The notes under the pieces: generated by a model
Seen by the model: the letters and a program-made list of their open reading frames with translations, nothing else
Told to the model about the DNA's origin: nothing
The model's database searches: none
Assembly (NCBI GenBank): GCA_950097015.1
Contig: CATNEN010000007.1
Coordinates: 3,968,001 to 4,032,000 of the forward strand
DNA length: 64,000 bases
Direction: 5' to 3'
From: Macrostomum hystrix
Taxonomy: Eukaryota > Animalia > Platyhelminthes
Program-made: the position numbers and the translations under genes
Part shown: piece by piece, positions 1-9,062 of the stretch
Numbering within the stretch: position 1 is the first letter of the stretch
How the letters are laid out: the number at the start of each line of letters is the position of its first letter

Positions 1-35
1 AAAAATATTGTTACACTTGACAAAATCCTTAAAGT

Positions 36-526
36 CTAGACAAGAGTTGCATCAGACTCTTCAGTGGTGCTCATCAGTAGGACAGGTTTTGGTGTTGACA
101 TTGCTACTTGAAGTGGCGTCATTGTAATTGAATGTACCTGCCCATTGTTTACTTCTAGAGTCGAACAGTCGGTTCTAAAAGTCAAATATGGGGGATATTA
201 TTTAATCTAAAGAGTTTATTAACCGATTTATACAGCAGAAGCATTTATTTAATCAATACTTACATAGCTCCAGCTTGTCCTTCTTCTGAAATACAAGTTG
301 AAGTATTACGTCTAACACGTCGAATCATGATTACAATTAATCCTAAAGTTAGTAAAGTTATAGCTATCATCAAAAAGATAATTGCAAGCTTGATAGAGTC
401 AAGCGATTGCTGCACTAAAACTAAACCTCTAACAAGGTTGCCAATAGATAGACTATTTTGTTGTGTAATTCTAGCGTGGCTTGTCAATAAATTATTTAAA
501 ACTAAGCTTTGTGTTTGAGAAACCAT
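36..526 (-). CDS. Two-exon small single-pass membrane protein (exons 526-264 and 174-36; 133 aa), probably element-encoded
   Basis: ATG in aaaATGG context; the ORF ends at a perfect GTAAGT donor (263); ttttAG acceptor at 175 in matching phase 2; exon 2 is open to TAG at 38-36. Hydrophobic segment LAIIFLMIAITLLTLGLIVIM followed by IRRVRR; C-terminus ...DATLV. Confidence 0.55.
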
Positions 527-1078
527 TTTGCTAAATTATCTAAAATTAAACCGAAACAACGCTCGTAATATCTTAACCTAGCTATGTATATCTAAAGGGG
601 GACTAAAGCCAATCTGTTTACTATAAACGTACCGACTTAAAACTGAAATCGAAAAAACTCGTATAATTTAAAATTATGTTTTCGACTAGTATATCAAACA
701 TTTTATCGTCAACAACTATATGCTTAATCAGTATGCTTCAGTTCATTATAAAAATTAATTTAGTAAACTAAGATCTAAGTTCTCCCTCCCACACACCGTT
801 CTCGCTAACTTAGTAAAATATCATGTTACTGAAAACCCACAAGCTTCTTTTAAGGCAGTACGTGTATTTAATTAACCCTTCAAAGTCAAGAAAATCTAGC
901 TACAAAGATTTATACTATTCAAATTTTTCACTTGTGATGTTTACCGAATGATGAAATTCAATAATTAAAGCTCTATACCTATGCAATCAAATCTTATCAT
1001 TGCTACGTGCCGTCAAAATTACTTTCAACTGTTGACTCAAATTACATTTTAACCTATAGCAAATTAAATTAGTTTCCA

Positions 1079-1242
1079 CATAAAAAGCTTCGTGCAGTTG
1101 CTATCAATAGATGAGCTTCAACAATTGACTATAATTTCCTTAATGACTTTGACTTGTAAACAAATTAGTTTAATTTCTATCATAAAAGCATCGTGCAGTT
1201 ACTATCAGCAGGTGATTCGTGTTCGATTCGCTTCTATAAATA
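1079..1242 (+). promoter_or_regulatory. Putative promoter of the SSB/TBP-like unit: two imperfect ~36-bp direct repeats plus a TATA box
   Basis: cataaaaagcttcgtgcagttgctatca (from 1079) and cataaaagcatcgtgcagttactatca (from 1181); TATAAATA at 1235-1242, about 70 nt upstream of ATG 1313. Confidence 0.4.
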
Positions 1243-1312
1243 CAAGTTTCAAAATTTTGGTCTTTTCATAAGCTCCTCGGCTTTCTAATCACTACACCAG
1301 CTAGCAGCAAGA

Positions 1313-2639
1313 ATGTCTTACTACGCAGCCGAATCACTGCTAAAGCCTAACATGAGACCTATCTTCCACATTGGCGAGATTGAGTCGCCAGTCAACGGAT
1401 CGTGTCTGTTTCGATCGGTTGGTTGGAAGTCAGATCTTGCAGAGGCAAAGGGCTGGCGCCCGATCATCTTCCAGTCCGCCGGTCCAGTTGAGCTACTTCG
1501 AGGCATCACCGAGCGACCGGAATACGAGACAGCTAGCAAGTATGACTCACGCGATGTCATCGGCATAACGTTTAGAAAGGAGTGTTGTGATCAGGATTTA
1601 GTCGACTGCCTTCGGTGAGTATAATTATGTGTTTTACATTTCCTCATAAAGCTTGTATTTGTCAATAGTAACCTACCTCATAGTTCTTATAGCCAAATTA
1701 TAGAGTCTAAGCAACAAAACTAAGACACGAAATTAAATTATGCATTTAATGGTTTATTATGCATCCACTCTGAATGGAACTAGAGTTTGTTCTCCCTACA
1801 ACTAATATTTACCTTCAATTCAACCAGCATACAAGTGTACAGGTTATAATTTTGTAAATTGCTGCAGCTTTTTTATCTAGCGAATAATTTTTTCCTAAAC
1901 TCAAGCAACGTCTAACTTGGATTTTAATCCTCTCTTTTTATCCAGAGTTATCGAAAGAGGTCTCGAAGCTAAACTGCGTGAAATTGGCGATGCACGAACG
2001 CTAGTGCGACTAACGAAGACATTGTCAGATGAAGAGGTGCTGAATAATAGGCAGCAGCAGTGGATCACAATCAAGGCAGCATACCCGTGCGCCACCTTCA
2101 TGGTGAATGAAGCAAATCCTGACGGAGTCGAAGTTCCACTGGCCGACTTCAAGGGTTTGAGCGGAAAATATCTAGTCTCGCTTCAAGGAGTGAGTCTTTT
2201 CTCTCCGAAAGGTAGCATCACGTGGAGGTTAACCTTGTGTGTGCGTTCGATAATTTTGATTAAGGAGACTCGTCCGACTCCCGATAACAGCATGTTGAGT
2301 TTAGTGCATCAGCATATCAAGACTGCGATTGGTGAGCACAGAAGCTCTTCTTCATCCAGAGTCGCTTCACCAAACCCGGCCAACAAGCAGAAAGGCCACG
2401 TTCCCGCTCGAAGCCCATCACCAACCAAGAAGCCTGCTGCGAAGAAACGTTCCAAACCGGTTACCAGCCCCGCAATCAAGACAAATAAGCGATCAAAGAC
2501 GGCTACTGACAATATCGATTGGATTCAATCGCCACCAGCCAAGGCTTTGGTGAGTGCGCCGCAAGAAGGAAACCGAGTGGCGTCGAACTTAGACGACACC
2601 GACTCCGACTCTACTGATTCATTGTCTTCAGATGAGTAA
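1313..2639 (+). CDS. Two-exon putative ssDNA-binding (OB-fold, T7 gp2.5/NCLDV-SSB-like) protein; exons 1313-1614 and 1946-2639, 331 aa
   Basis: GTGAGT donor at 1615 and tctctttttatccAG acceptor at 1945 join in phase 2 (302+694 nt = 332 codons), explaining the ATG-less ORF 1917-2639. Pattern IIFQ...GI...Y...IGITF...L..IE..L / WITIK / G.YLVSL.GV...W.LTLCV.SI resembles T7-like/NCLDV SSBs; acidic tail LDDTDSDSTDSLSSDE. The splice model is seen in sequence; the family call is inference. Confidence 0.6.
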
Positions 2640-2813
2640 ATCATTATTGTGACTCTTTGCAGAATAACTTCATTATTTGTATTTTTATTATTTTACCATC
2701 CATACGCTCGTATAGGTCTTAATTATTTCGCACGCCACTCGGTTATTCCAATTTTTTTATTAGCCGATAAAACTGAAAGCCCATTTTCACAAGTCCTTCC
2801 TTACTGTTTCCAG

Positions 2814-3374
2814 CGGCTTGTTCTCCTAATATTTAGCGCCAGTCTTCTAAATCCTAGCCAATGTGAGAATTTCGATTTGAAGCTAATCGAGTTAATTTTA
2901 CAATCAAAAGGTTGTGCTTGCAAATTATTTCGAAACAGACCAACTATGCTAAAGACGTGCTTTTCCAATCTAACTGTTCAGTTTTATCCGAGTGGCAAAA
3001 TTTCAATATTTGGTTGCTTGTCAAATTGGCAATTAATTTGTGCTTTACGCTTTATTAATGATAACCTTTACGCAATAGATTTCGACTCAATCAGACTTCA
3101 AACCAGTACCTATGTAGGTTTTATTGATGATTTTTATTGGCCAAATAACTGTTTTCAGCTGCTAAAATCAATGATCGGTCATCACTCAAACTATAAAATA
3201 TCATACGATGTTGAAAACTTTCCTCAAGCAGTTTCAATTCGATCAATTTCTAATCCTAGGCTTTTTTGTAACATATTTTTTTCAAAAAAATTTGTCATTA
3301 TGGGTGTACGAGGAGAAAAAGATTTGCAATTCGTGCTCAGTCTTCTTAAACACGCGCTGCAATCAATCTGTTAA
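2814..3374 (+). CDS. TBP-fold (TATA-binding-protein-like) coding exon, 186 aa
   Basis: Two TBP-like half repeats: NFDLKLIEL...TVQFYPSGKISIFG and SYDVENFPQAVSIRSISNPRLFCNIFFSKKFVIMG, compared with TBP LDLKTIAL...TALIFASGKMVVTG and [33 protein letters not shown]. No ATG precedes the fold; strong acceptor ccttccttactgtttccAG at 2813. Confidence 0.75.
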   Translation, partial: RLVLLIFSASLLNPSQCENFDLKLIELILQSKGCACKLFRNRPTMLKTCFSNLTVQFYPSGKISIFGCLSNWQLICALRFINDNLYAIDFDSIRLQTSTYVGFIDDFYWPNNCFQLLKSMIGHHSNYKISYDVENFPQAVSIRSISNPRLFCNIFFSKKFVIMGVRGEKDLQFVLSLLKHALQSIC

Positions 3375-3569
3375 TCTGTTAATCAAATAAACCCTTTAAA
3401 CCAACAATATTTCTTTCATTTAAAAACAAAGTATCTATTATCCTTCCTCTCGTTTTTTTTTTTAAAAAACTTTTATACCTAGTTTGTAAAACAATTACAC
3501 ATTTCAATTTTTTTTCTATTCACTCATTAACTATTAACCTACTCATTTAATTACAGCCATAATGATCAA

Positions 3570-6500
3570 ATGCCTCGAGCAAGGTGCAATGTTTGCCAAC
3601 GCGTTTTCAGCGGTCAGGCGGAACTGCATGCACACTCGCATGGCGAGTGCTTTGCGCCTGAAAACCTGCTCTCTGCACCCATTAACCGTCTGACTAACAA
3701 TCCTCCCAATGATTGGTCTGTTGTGCTACGCGAATCAAGCCACAAGGGACGTGTCAACTTTGTCGAATTCAGACCACAGCAACAACAGCGACTGCCTAGC
3801 GAACTGATTGCCAATCTTCGAGAACCGATATACAACCTCTTTGAAAAGATTGGTTCAGCCGGTCTAATGCTGCGAACCTGTGTCCATCTGAAAGTGAAGT
3901 TATCTCGTCCAAAGTCAGAAGATGGTGAGAGTATCGAAACAATTTCTGCCTACTTTAACACCAATATGGCAACAATAACATTTGACGAGACGACAATAGC
4001 AAATAGTGACTTGACTCTATCACCAGACGCATTCAATGACTGGTTTTCGCGCGTAATCTCCACTCTAGTAACAAAAATTGACAACTTCCAAACACGCGGT
4101 AGTAACTGGCAATTTGAGCACATTGAACAACTTGATCTAATGCTATGCATTTACCGCAAATCCAGAGCTCGATTAATCAATTCAACCGAGCTTGGAGGTG
4201 GCGGAGGAGCCGGCGGGGGGCCCGCCGCGAGGGCGGCGGGCGGGCGGGCGGGCGGGCGCGCGCGTGGCGACCCGTTCCGAACCGAACCGACCCGATCCGA
4301 CCCGAAACGACAAGCCTTCAAGGTACCGATTTCTATTGACCGAAAGACTGGTGCAGTCTTGTACTTGAAGCCGCACAGAGCTAATCAGTTGGATTGTTTT
4401 CGTTGGGCTATTATCGCGAGTGTGTTTCATCCTTACACAACGAACCCAAGTAAAAAGTCGAGCTATGCGCAGTGGCAGGGAGAGTTCAACTTTGGCCGAT
4501 TCGCAAATGGACCAGCTAGGCATTCCAAATCATCGTATAGAAAGTTTTGCCGCAAGAATCCTAAGCTTAGTCTCCGTGTCTTTGTCTGGAATCATGAAGA
4601 AAAGACTAATACTCTCTTCTTTTCACATCGAAGCAACAGTGAAGGTGATAGGTATTTTGCCAATTGCTTGTTTGTACCGCGTTACGGACAATTTGCGTTT
4701 GGACATTACATGCCAGTCAAGAATTTGAATCGTTTAATGAGTACACGCAGCAAACAACGGAGGTTTTGTCCCGACTGCCTAGTTTCTTTTCCATGCATCA
4801 CTTCTTGGGATTATATTTTAAATGTGCATTCTTGTGTAAATAATAATAATGAAAAGTCCACTGCCATCGAAGAGTGGACTTCAGATGTTGTACCACAGAT
4901 TCGCGAGACAAAGTATAAGCCAGTAGAAAGAATGCCACGAGAAGAGGATGCGCACGTCAAATTCAAGAGTTTTGAAGCTCAGCTACCGTCACTGTATGTC
5001 ATGTATGCTGATATGGAGTGTCTTTGCGCGCCGCCAGACAAGCATCAGGCGGGTAATGTGCTTGAGGTGCATGAACCGATTTGTTTAGCCTATCGACTAG
5101 TAACTTGTCCAGAACTGAAATTGACGCCTCGCCTAAAGGCAGCTGTTGGCATGAGCAGAGAGAAACCGTGTGAGGTGATTTACACACCGCCAAATGGTGA
5201 GAATTGTGTTAGACAATTTTTGCGGCGACTTGAAACGATTGCTAGCGAAATTTGTCTACATACACAAAGTGAATCCTACACTCCACTTTTGCGCAAGTAT
5301 TTACATCTAAGCAAGTCCAAGGCAGAAATTGCAGCGTGTCAATTGTGCAAGAAATCATTTGAAGAGGATGAAAAGAAGGTACTTGATCATTGTCACTTGA
5401 CAGGTCTTCCACGTGGCGTGCTGTGTGTCTCTTGCAACAGGAAGTTGACTCTTAGGCGCTATCGTCTCATTGTTTATTTTCATAACTTAGCCTCGTATGA
5501 TGGCAAGTTTCTAGTGCGAGAAATTTATGAAGTTTTTTCTGGATCCAAGGTTCAACTTCATGTGCTACCGGAGAATCGCGAGCGATTCAAGACATTTTCA
5601 CTCAAGTTTCGTGTAAAGGCTGCTGATCAGACTCACAAGTTTGAAATTTGCTTCAAAGACACGTTTGCCTACTTGTCAACAAGCTTGTCAACATTGGCAG
5701 ATCGTCTTCTTCCAGAACAGCTGGTACACACACGAGAACTAATGAATGCATACCCGAGGTTGAAGTTTTCAACTCTTCGTCAAAAGGGTGTCTATCCCTA
5801 TTCGTTTCTAGACTGTGAGGAAAAGCTGGATAGTGTGACAAGTCTTCCACCCAAGGCATGCTTTTTCAACAAGCTTACGATGTCAGATTGTTTAGATGTG
5901 GACTATGAGCGAGCTCATGCAGCATGGTTCGAGTTTGACTGTAAAAACCTTAGAGATTATACAACCGCCTATCTTCAACTTGATGTTTTGCTCTTGTGCG
6001 ATGTCTTTGAAAACTTTCGTCAGACAGCACAGCGAGAGTATGGTCTTGATCCTAGTCACTTTTTGGGTGCTCCAATGTTTAGCTTGGTAGCATGTTTGCG
6101 ACAGATTGATCGACCGATTCAATTATTTACCGATGCTAGCATGTATGCTGAAGTTGAGCATTCGATTCGAGGCGGTTTCAGCTTTGGAACACGACACATA
6201 ACAACGGCAAACAATCCGTGTGTCGAAGAATGCAGAAGCATCTTAGATCAGACTGAAGCAGATTTTTCCAACATGCGACAGAATGCGCCTAGAGATACTT
6301 ATTTGGCTTACTTGGATGCTAACTCATTGTATTCGAGCTGCATGATTCAACCGCTGCCAGTTGGTGACTTTGCTTGGTTGTCACGTAGCGACTTGTCAGC
6401 GATTCCGTTTGACAGTCCTTCGGCAGACTATTTTGAGAATTCGACTGTAAAGAGCCGATTATTGAACTGGTTGGTAAACTATTGCAAAGAGGACCAAGGA

Positions 6501-7709
6501 GCCATGCTTACAGTTGATTTGTATTATCCGCATTTTCTACATGACAGTACTGCTGATTTGCCCCTAGCCATTGCACACGAAATGATTGCCGAAGAGCGAC
6601 TAACAGATCAGATGAAGGCAGACTGGTTTAGTCTTCAACGTGAACTTAATCCTGAGCGATATAAGAATGCAACATGCTATGAGGACGTAAAACCATTCAA
6701 GAGCCCTACGCGAAAGTTGATTGGATCAGTGCAGCACAAGTTGAACTATGTTGTCCACCATCGAGCTCTTAGATTTTACCTAGAGTTAGGTATGCGCGTG
6801 ACGCGTGTTCATCGTGTGATTCGCTTTACCGAGCTGGCCATTTTAAAAACCTACATTGAGCGCAATATTGATCAACGAAAAGCAGCTAAGACAGAGTTTG
6901 AGAGAGAGTTTTTCAAGCTGCTAAATAATGCTCTCTTTGGCAAGTTTCTGCAACGAGTTCGCGATCGTCTCATTTACAGAATGTGTTCACTTGCAGAACG
7001 GTTTGAGTGCTATATTGGAAGCGCCAACTTTCTGGATGCTATTGTTTATACAGAAAGCCTTGCTGGAGTCTCCCTTGCATCAAAGCGTGTAATGTTGGAC
7101 AAGCCAATTATTATAGGAGCTGCAATTTTGGACATTGCAAAAACTCTAGTTTATGAGTTTTTTTACAACCATGTTCAATCGCATCGATCACTAGCCAGTG
7201 CGCGCGTTCTCGGCGGTGATACGGATAGTCTAATGTTAGCACTTGTAATGCGACGAAACAATGAGACACCGTACGAGACGCTGTTTAAAGACTTGGCTGA
7301 ACAAGGTCTCTTGGATACTAGCAACTATCCACCATCGCATCCGTTATACTCTACAGTCAACAAGGGTAGACTGCTAGCCTGGAAGGATGAGTTCAAGGGA
7401 CGTGTGCCTTTGGAGCTAGCTTTTCTTCGACCAAAGAACTATTCCTTCTTGGTTACTGGCGAGAGTATTACACAAATTTCGCGATGTAAGGGTGTCTGCA
7501 AAACTGTTGCTCAAAACATTCGCCACACAGATTATCTAAGAGTTCTACACAAGCGCCAAGTCATGTTTGCACGAATGCAAAGCATCAGATCCCGCAAACA
7601 ACGCGTGTTTCTACTGCAGCAACGCAAATTGGCCTTGAGTTTTTTTGATACTAAGCGCGCGTGGATTAACGACTATAGTTCGCTGCCATTTGGTCATTGG
7701 CGTTTGTAA
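3570..7709 (+). CDS. polB: Protein-primed family B DNA polymerase with N-terminal C2H2 finger, terminal-protein-like region, vOTU-like protease domain and EndoVII-like Zn insertion
   Basis: ExoI YADME, ExoII FHNLASYDGKF, ExoIII YLQLDVLLL, motif A YLDANSLY, motif B KLLNNALFGK, motif C GGDTDS; DHCHLTGLPRGVLCVSCN (EndoVII-like); LDCFRWAII...GHY (OTU-like Cys/His); GSNW motif typical of Maverick PolB N-termini. Confidence 0.95.
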   Translation: MPRARCNVCQRVFSGQAELHAHSHGECFAPENLLSAPINRLTNNPPNDWSVVLRESSHKGRVNFVEFRPQQQQRLPSELIANLREPIYNLFEKIGSAGLMLRTCVHLKVKLSRPKSEDGESIETISAYFNTNMATITFDETTIANSDLTLSPDAFNDWFSRVISTLVTKIDNFQTRGSNWQFEHIEQLDLMLCIYRKSRARLINSTELGGGGGAGGGPAARAAGGRAGGRARGDPFRTEPTRSDPKRQAFKVPISIDRKTGAVLYLKPHRANQLDCFRWAIIASVFHPYTTNPSKKSSYAQWQGEFNFGRFANGPARHSKSSYRKFCRKNPKLSLRVFVWNHEEKTNTLFFSHRSNSEGDRYFANCLFVPRYGQFAFGHYMPVKNLNRLMSTRSKQRRFCPDCLVSFPCITSWDYILNVHSCVNNNNEKSTAIEEWTSDVVPQIRETKYKPVERMPREEDAHVKFKSFEAQLPSLYVMYADMECLCAPPDKHQAGNVLEVHEPICLAYRLVTCPELKLTPRLKAAVGMSREKPCEVIYTPPNGENCVRQFLRRLETIASEICLHTQSESYTPLLRKYLHLSKSKAEIAACQLCKKSFEEDEKKVLDHCHLTGLPRGVLCVSCNRKLTLRRYRLIVYFHNLASYDGKFLVREIYEVFSGSKVQLHVLPENRERFKTFSLKFRVKAADQTHKFEICFKDTFAYLSTSLSTLADRLLPEQLVHTRELMNAYPRLKFSTLRQKGVYPYSFLDCEEKLDSVTSLPPKACFFNKLTMSDCLDVDYERAHAAWFEFDCKNLRDYTTAYLQLDVLLLCDVFENFRQTAQREYGLDPSHFLGAPMFSLVACLRQIDRPIQLFTDASMYAEVEHSIRGGFSFGTRHITTANNPCVEECRSILDQTEADFSNMRQNAPRDTYLAYLDANSLYSSCMIQPLPVGDFAWLSRSDLSAIPFDSPSADYFENSTVKSRLLNWLVNYCKEDQGAMLTVDLYYPHFLHDSTADLPLAIAHEMIAEERLTDQMKADWFSLQRELNPERYKNATCYEDVKPFKSPTRKLIGSVQHKLNYVVHHRALRFYLELGMRVTRVHRVIRFTELAILKTYIERNIDQRKAAKTEFEREFFKLLNNALFGKFLQRVRDRLIYRMCSLAERFECYIGSANFLDAIVYTESLAGVSLASKRVMLDKPIIIGAAILDIAKTLVYEFFYNHVQSHRSLASARVLGGDTDSLMLALVMRRNNETPYETLFKDLAEQGLLDTSNYPPSHPLYSTVNKGRLLAWKDEFKGRVPLELAFLRPKNYSFLVTGESITQISRCKGVCKTVAQNIRHTDYLRVLHKRQVMFARMQSIRSRKQRVFLLQQRKLALSFFDTKRAWINDYSSLPFGHWRL

Positions 7710-8049
7710 TTATATTGATTGCTGTAATTACATCACCCAATGTTGACTTTCGCTTTAATCATATCAAATGATTTTTCCTTTTTGTGATTTGTATTTCATT
7801 CTTGTCAATATAGACATTGATCAAATTATGATTACATTTGAATGTTGTAATTATATTGGTGACATTATAAGTATTTATATAATCCAAGTTTGTGTATTTA
7901 TCTTTAGTTAATTTTTGTAGTACTTAGCTTAGGTATATCACAATCACTAGCAAGTTTTTGGAGATAATAAATAGATTATAATCAGGATTTAGTTATACTA
8001 CTTTGTAAAACGCTAACAACCATTTTCCCCTCAGCTCTAAAGTTCTGCA

Positions 8050-8508
8050 ATGGCAACTGATAGCAACGTCCTGCGTGTGAGGCTTCTTCTGCCAACAGCT
8101 AATGTTCCAGTTCGCAAAACTGAAGGCTCAGTTGGCTATGATCTGACTGCTGCTGTCGAGGGAAGTGTTGGAGGCTACGATCGCCTAACGATTCGAACAG
8201 GCGTATCGATTCAAGTACCAAAGGACACCTACGGGAGAATCGCTACGCGCTCCAGCCTCAGCACAAGAGGCATCACTGTTGAAGGTGGTGTAGTTGATCC
8301 GGATTACACGGGCGAAATAATGGTTGTGTTGTACAATCACAGTCCAAATGACTTTAATTTTTACCCCGGACTGCGCATTGCTCAACTAATTTTAGAGAAA
8401 GCAAGCATTGTACCTGTTTTAGTTTTAGAGGATGAGTCAGTCTGTCACATGACTGAACCGTCACTCAAGCGCAAGTATGGTGGGTTTGGTAGCACTGACA
8501 ACTTTTAG
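8050..8508 (+). CDS. dut: Trimeric-type dUTPase
   Basis: All five motifs present: SVGYDL, ATRSSL, GVVDPDYTGEI, RIAQLI, RKYGGFGST. Confidence 0.95.
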   Translation: MATDSNVLRVRLLLPTANVPVRKTEGSVGYDLTAAVEGSVGGYDRLTIRTGVSIQVPKDTYGRIATRSSLSTRGITVEGGVVDPDYTGEIMVVLYNHSPNDFNFYPGLRIAQLILEKASIVPVLVLEDESVCHMTEPSLKRKYGGFGSTDNF

Positions 8509-8643
8509 CGCTGCGAATAATGACACTAATCATATTTTTGTCTCCAATTATTATATTCTTGATGTTAATCTTGTTCTTTTTCTTGTTTTTGTTAATACAC
8601 TATAAGCTAATTCGGAATTTGTTGGTAATTTAAAATCTCCAGA

Positions 8644-9060
8644 ATGGCACGTAGTAAGAAAAGATCAGCTAAGAGTTTAAGAAAGTCATCATTTCAAATC
8701 AAGAGATCAAGTAACTCGATTAAGAAGCAGCGAGGTTTCGGCGTACTGAACTGGTTAATCAATCATTTGCCGTTTGAGGCACATTTACCTGGCGGATATC
8801 AGTTTTGCGGTCCAGGAACGAAGTTACAAGAGAGACTTACAAAGGGTCAACGAGGTAAAAATAGACTTGATAATCTGTGCATGCTTCACGACATAGCGTA
8901 CGATCAACATTCTGACGTTCAAGAAAGATTAAAGGCTGACCAGGTGCTAGAATCAGGAGCACGTGAAATTGCTAACGATCCGTCCACAAGTTGGAGTGAG
9001 AAACTAGCTGCCAAACTTGTAACTAAAGTTATGCAGGTGAAGCAACGCTTTGGTGCTTAG
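8644..9060 (+). CDS. Parvovirus VP1u-like phospholipase A2 domain protein (adintovirus PLA2X type)
   Basis: Ca-loop-like YQFCGPGT and catalytic DNLCMLHDIAY (HD...Y); basic N-terminus. Confidence 0.8.
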   Translation: MARSKKRSAKSLRKSSFQIKRSSNSIKKQRGFGVLNWLINHLPFEAHLPGGYQFCGPGTKLQERLTKGQRGKNRLDNLCMLHDIAYDQHSDVQERLKADQVLESGAREIANDPSTSWSEKLAAKLVTKVMQVKQRFGA

Positions 9061-9062
9061 AA

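Noticed and set aside
1385-1425. VNGSCLFRSV resembling an OTU protease catalytic motif
   Set aside because: No downstream OTU helices or His motif; the rest of the spliced protein fits an SSB-like pattern better.
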